From Guillardia theta CCMP2712 (lineage: Eukaryota; Protista; Cryptophyta): DNA of 56,876 nucleotides. The notes beneath the pieces are model-generated. The model had not been told where the DNA came from, searched no databases, and saw nothing but the letters and a program-made list of their open reading frames with translations. The position numbers were made by a program, and so were the translations under genes. This document shows, in pieces, positions 52,437-56,876 of the stretch. The stretch lies in the NCBI RefSeq assembly GCF_000315625.1, contig NW_005434466.1:1-56876 (forward strand), read 5' to 3'. Every line of letters begins with the position of its first letter. The first letter of the stretch is position 1.

Positions 52437-53874
52437 CGTCCGCGCTGTCACACTACCCCAACCGGTTCTTTTCCTATTGATTACCCCACCCATCTAGGGA
52501 ATAATCCCACCCCCCTACTACACCACCCCGCATTTTTCCTTGACCATTACCCACCCTTGTTCCGTTAAGCCATTCACCCGTGCTTGAGAGCTGCTGCTCC
52601 CCACTACCCCCTTTGTACAGATTGATCTTTACAAAGTACCCCTACGTTTCCCAAAATATACTGATATAAGTACCAGTTATATTCGTACCCCACCCACAAA
52701 TTCCACGCTCGAGGGGGCAACAGCGATAACCCCTACCACCTTATTATAGAATACTCAATGTTCACCCCTCCTAAGTCCTGAAGAAGTACCCCTCTTTTGG
52801 CTTCGTTCCCCGAGAATAGGCACAGGCGTCGGGAAGGGGCATAGACAGCAGATTTTTAGTACCGAGAATTTATTGGTACAAAGACAGGTACAAGAAACAA
52901 CATATTTATGATATATTGCTAGAAAATATAAAAAGAATATGTTCATTATTTAGTCATCAATTAATCAATCTTGATTTTTTTTTGGTATTTCTATTGACTT
53001 TCTTGTATTTAGTTCATTCAGTACCAAGTTTAATATCTTAAAAATAATATTTGAGAAACATACAAAACTCCTCATAAAATTGAAAATATACTGAAAGATT
53101 TCATATTGGAAAATCTAAATGAAAACAGTGGACCTCATCTCCTCATGAACCAAGATTGTACGTTACATTTTCCGTTTCAAAACTCCTTGCTTTTTATTCC
53201 TGCCAACCCGACTTCTAATGACCCTACCCACCCATGCAATCAACATATACTACCCCGTTATCATACTGATTTCGAGTCTTCTAGTACCCCCTACTTTGAC
53301 TACCCCACCCTCATGCAACAGAGTCCTTTCGGTTGTTAGTTGAGTGACGTCTGAACTTTCAACATGCTGCTAAACTCCCCCCCGCCCCTCTCCTCCCTCT
53401 CGTTCTTCTCCTCTCCTTCTCCCTCTCGTTCTCCTCCTCCTTCCCTACCCCCCCTCGTTCTCCTCCTCCCCTCCTCCCCTACTCTCGTTTACGTCCTCTT
53501 TCTCATCCTTAGCACCATCACTCCAGCAGCTTTCGAGGCTCCCTCCTCTCACCAGTTCCCCTCTTGTCTCCTTCCGGCTGTGTCCGGACTCAGGAAAATC
53601 CGACCCTCTGTTCCCCAGTTGCATCCCCATCCTTGATCCAACGTGTCGTTAAAAAGGTCTCGCAAGGTTTGCAGCTTCTGATCACTGTGTGCAGGGCAAC
53701 CACAGGGTGTAAAGAAGAAGCGCTACATTGTCACAGTCGACCTGTCTCGTTCTTGTGAGCGTGTGAGGTTGGGGCACTATCAAGAAGACACTTGTTGAGG
53801 GCTCTCAATCAAGCGCCCCCCCCTTGTCCTTCCTTTCCTTCCTCTCTTACCGTCGAGCCACCAACATCTGACAG

Positions 53875-55190
<1,316 letters not shown>

Positions 55191-55220
55191 GTGAGGAGGA
55201 GGGGAAGGGGGAACAGGAGG

Positions 55221-55765
55221 NNNNNNNNNNNNNNNNNNNNNNNNNNNNNNNNNNNNNNNNNNNNNNNNNNNNNNNNNNNNNNNNNNNNNNNNNNNNNNNN
55301 NNNNNNNNNNNNNNNNNNNNNNNNNNNNNNNNNNNNNNNNNNNNNNNNNNNNNNNNNNNNNNNNNNNNNNNNNNNNNNNNNNNNNNNNNNNNNNNNNNNN
55401 NNNNNNNNNNNNNNNNNNNNNNNNNNNNNNNNNNNNNNNNNNNNNNNNNNNNNNNNNNNNNNNNNNNNNNNNNNNNNNNNNNNNNNNNNNNNNNNNNNNN
55501 NNNNNNNNNNNNNNNNNNNNNNNNNNNNNNNNNNNNNNNNNNNNNNNNNNNNNNNNNNNNNNNNNNNNNNNNNNNNNNNNNNNNNNNNNNNNNNNNNNNN
55601 NNNNNNNNNNNNNNNNNNNNNNNNNNNNNNNNNNNNNNNNNNNNNNNNNNNNNNNNNNNNNNNNNNNNNNNNNNNNNNNNNNNNNNNNNNNNNNNNNNNN
55701 NNNNNNNNNNNNNNNNNNNNNNNNNNNNNNNNNNNNNNNNNNNNNNNNNNNNNNNNNNNNNNNNN
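55221..55765. other. Assembly gap (N run)
   Basis: 545 n. Confidence 1.
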
Positions 55766-55860
55766 TGCCTGCCTCCCTCCCTCCCTCCTCCCTCCCTCCC
55801 TCCTCCTCACCTCTCTCCCTCATACTCCCCTTCCTCTTCCTCCTCCTTTTTCTCCCTTAC

Positions 55861-56240
55861 AAGTGAGAAAGTGCTCAAATCCCTCGGCATACTTACGACT
55901 CTGGACGAAGGCAAAGGCGAGCCTGGTGGAAAGGAGAAGGCGACGTGAGACTGAGAGGAGGGGAGCAGAGGAGCAGAGGAGGAGGAGCGTGATGTTGTTG
56001 AAGAAGCGAACCAAGATGAGAGATGAGAATGGAGATGCTGAGAAGTGAGATGACAAGGAGATGTATGAATTTGTAGAGCAACTCGATGATGAACAGCAAG
56101 ATTTGCACGGGGAATAAATGGTGGAGAACGAGATGAAGTGTGGAGGTGGAGGAGTTGATATCGTCGTGCGATGCTGCTGCTGGTGGTGGTGGTGGTGGTG
56201 GTGGTGGTGCTGCTGGTGGTGGTGGTGGTGGTGGTGGTGG

Positions 56241-56284
<44 letters not shown>

Positions 56285-56475
56285 ATGATGATGGAGATGA
56301 TGATGGAGATGATGATGGAGATGATGATGATGATGACGACGACGAAGACGACGATGATGATAGTGACGAGATTCATGGTGCTGATTGTGGTAGATCATAA
56401 CCTGTTGTGTATTTTGTAGTCCTGCGGTTGAAGAGCAGCTGCCTCGTTGTACAGGCTGATGACTTCCGGAGAAGA
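55861..56475 (-). CDS. TPR-like repeat protein, internal exons; the gene probably begins beyond the right edge
   Basis: Exons 56475-56402 and 55922-55861 join in phase to SSPEVISLYNEAAALQPQDYKIHNR|LAFAFVQSRKYAEGFEHFLT, a TPR helix pattern. Confidence 0.6.
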
Positions 56476-56876
56476 CTGCAGTAAGAGGTGAGGAGAATTG
56501 CGGGAAGAGGAACAGGAACAGGAACAGGGAAGAAAGAATGAAGGAGGAAGAGGGAAGAAGAGTGAAGGAGGAAGGGGAAGTAGAGGGAAGGAGGAAGAGG
56601 AAGGAGCAGGGAAGAGAAGACGAGAGGGGAGGAGAGGAGGAGAGAGGGGGATGAAATGACTAGATGCAGAACAGGGATGTGCGATAGAAGATGAGGTGAA
56701 GTTGAGAATAGAAGTGAGGAGGAGAGGAGAGGAGCGGAGAGGTGAGGGAAGAGGAGGAGGAGGAGAGACAGGAGGAGAGGAGAGTAGAGTAGAGTAGAGT
56801 AGAGTAGAGGAGAGGAGAGGAGAGGAGGTGGGGGAGTTGGAAAGCGAGTTACCGCCGTGAATTCTGAGAGACAGTT

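Overview
This is eukaryotic nuclear DNA: gene-dense, with many short GT-AG introns, many of them filled with microsatellites, and two N-gaps. A signal peptide followed by Phe on the SufS presequence and the overall genome style suggest an alga with a secondary red plastid, probably a cryptophyte (inference). Recognisable genes are plastid-type SufS (with an apparent 1-nt frameshift), a secreted LRR protein, an ATG27/M6P-receptor-like protein, a PLAT + PTC7-type PP2C fusion, a NIPA Mg transporter, an intronless multi-pass ORFan, an EF-hand-like gene, a SWIM Zn-finger gene, PEX7, two convergent V-ATPase c subunits, a GAE-domain gene and a TPR gene. The dominant structure is an ~8.2 kb inverted duplication (26217-34400 and 39012-47198) of a giant surface-receptor gene: signal peptide, LRR, RRLL motif, Thr stalk, Kelch-like, GGA beta-helix, Cys-rich, ~9 TM. 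The two copies are near-identical, yet 12 of the 17 amino-acid differences in their LRR domains fall on the solvent-exposed x positions of xxLxLxx. That is the pattern seen in diversifying immune/recognition receptors. A short secreted relative and an orphan 188-bp fragment of the same gene lie in the same window. All exon structures were read by eye and are approximate; no database searches were run.
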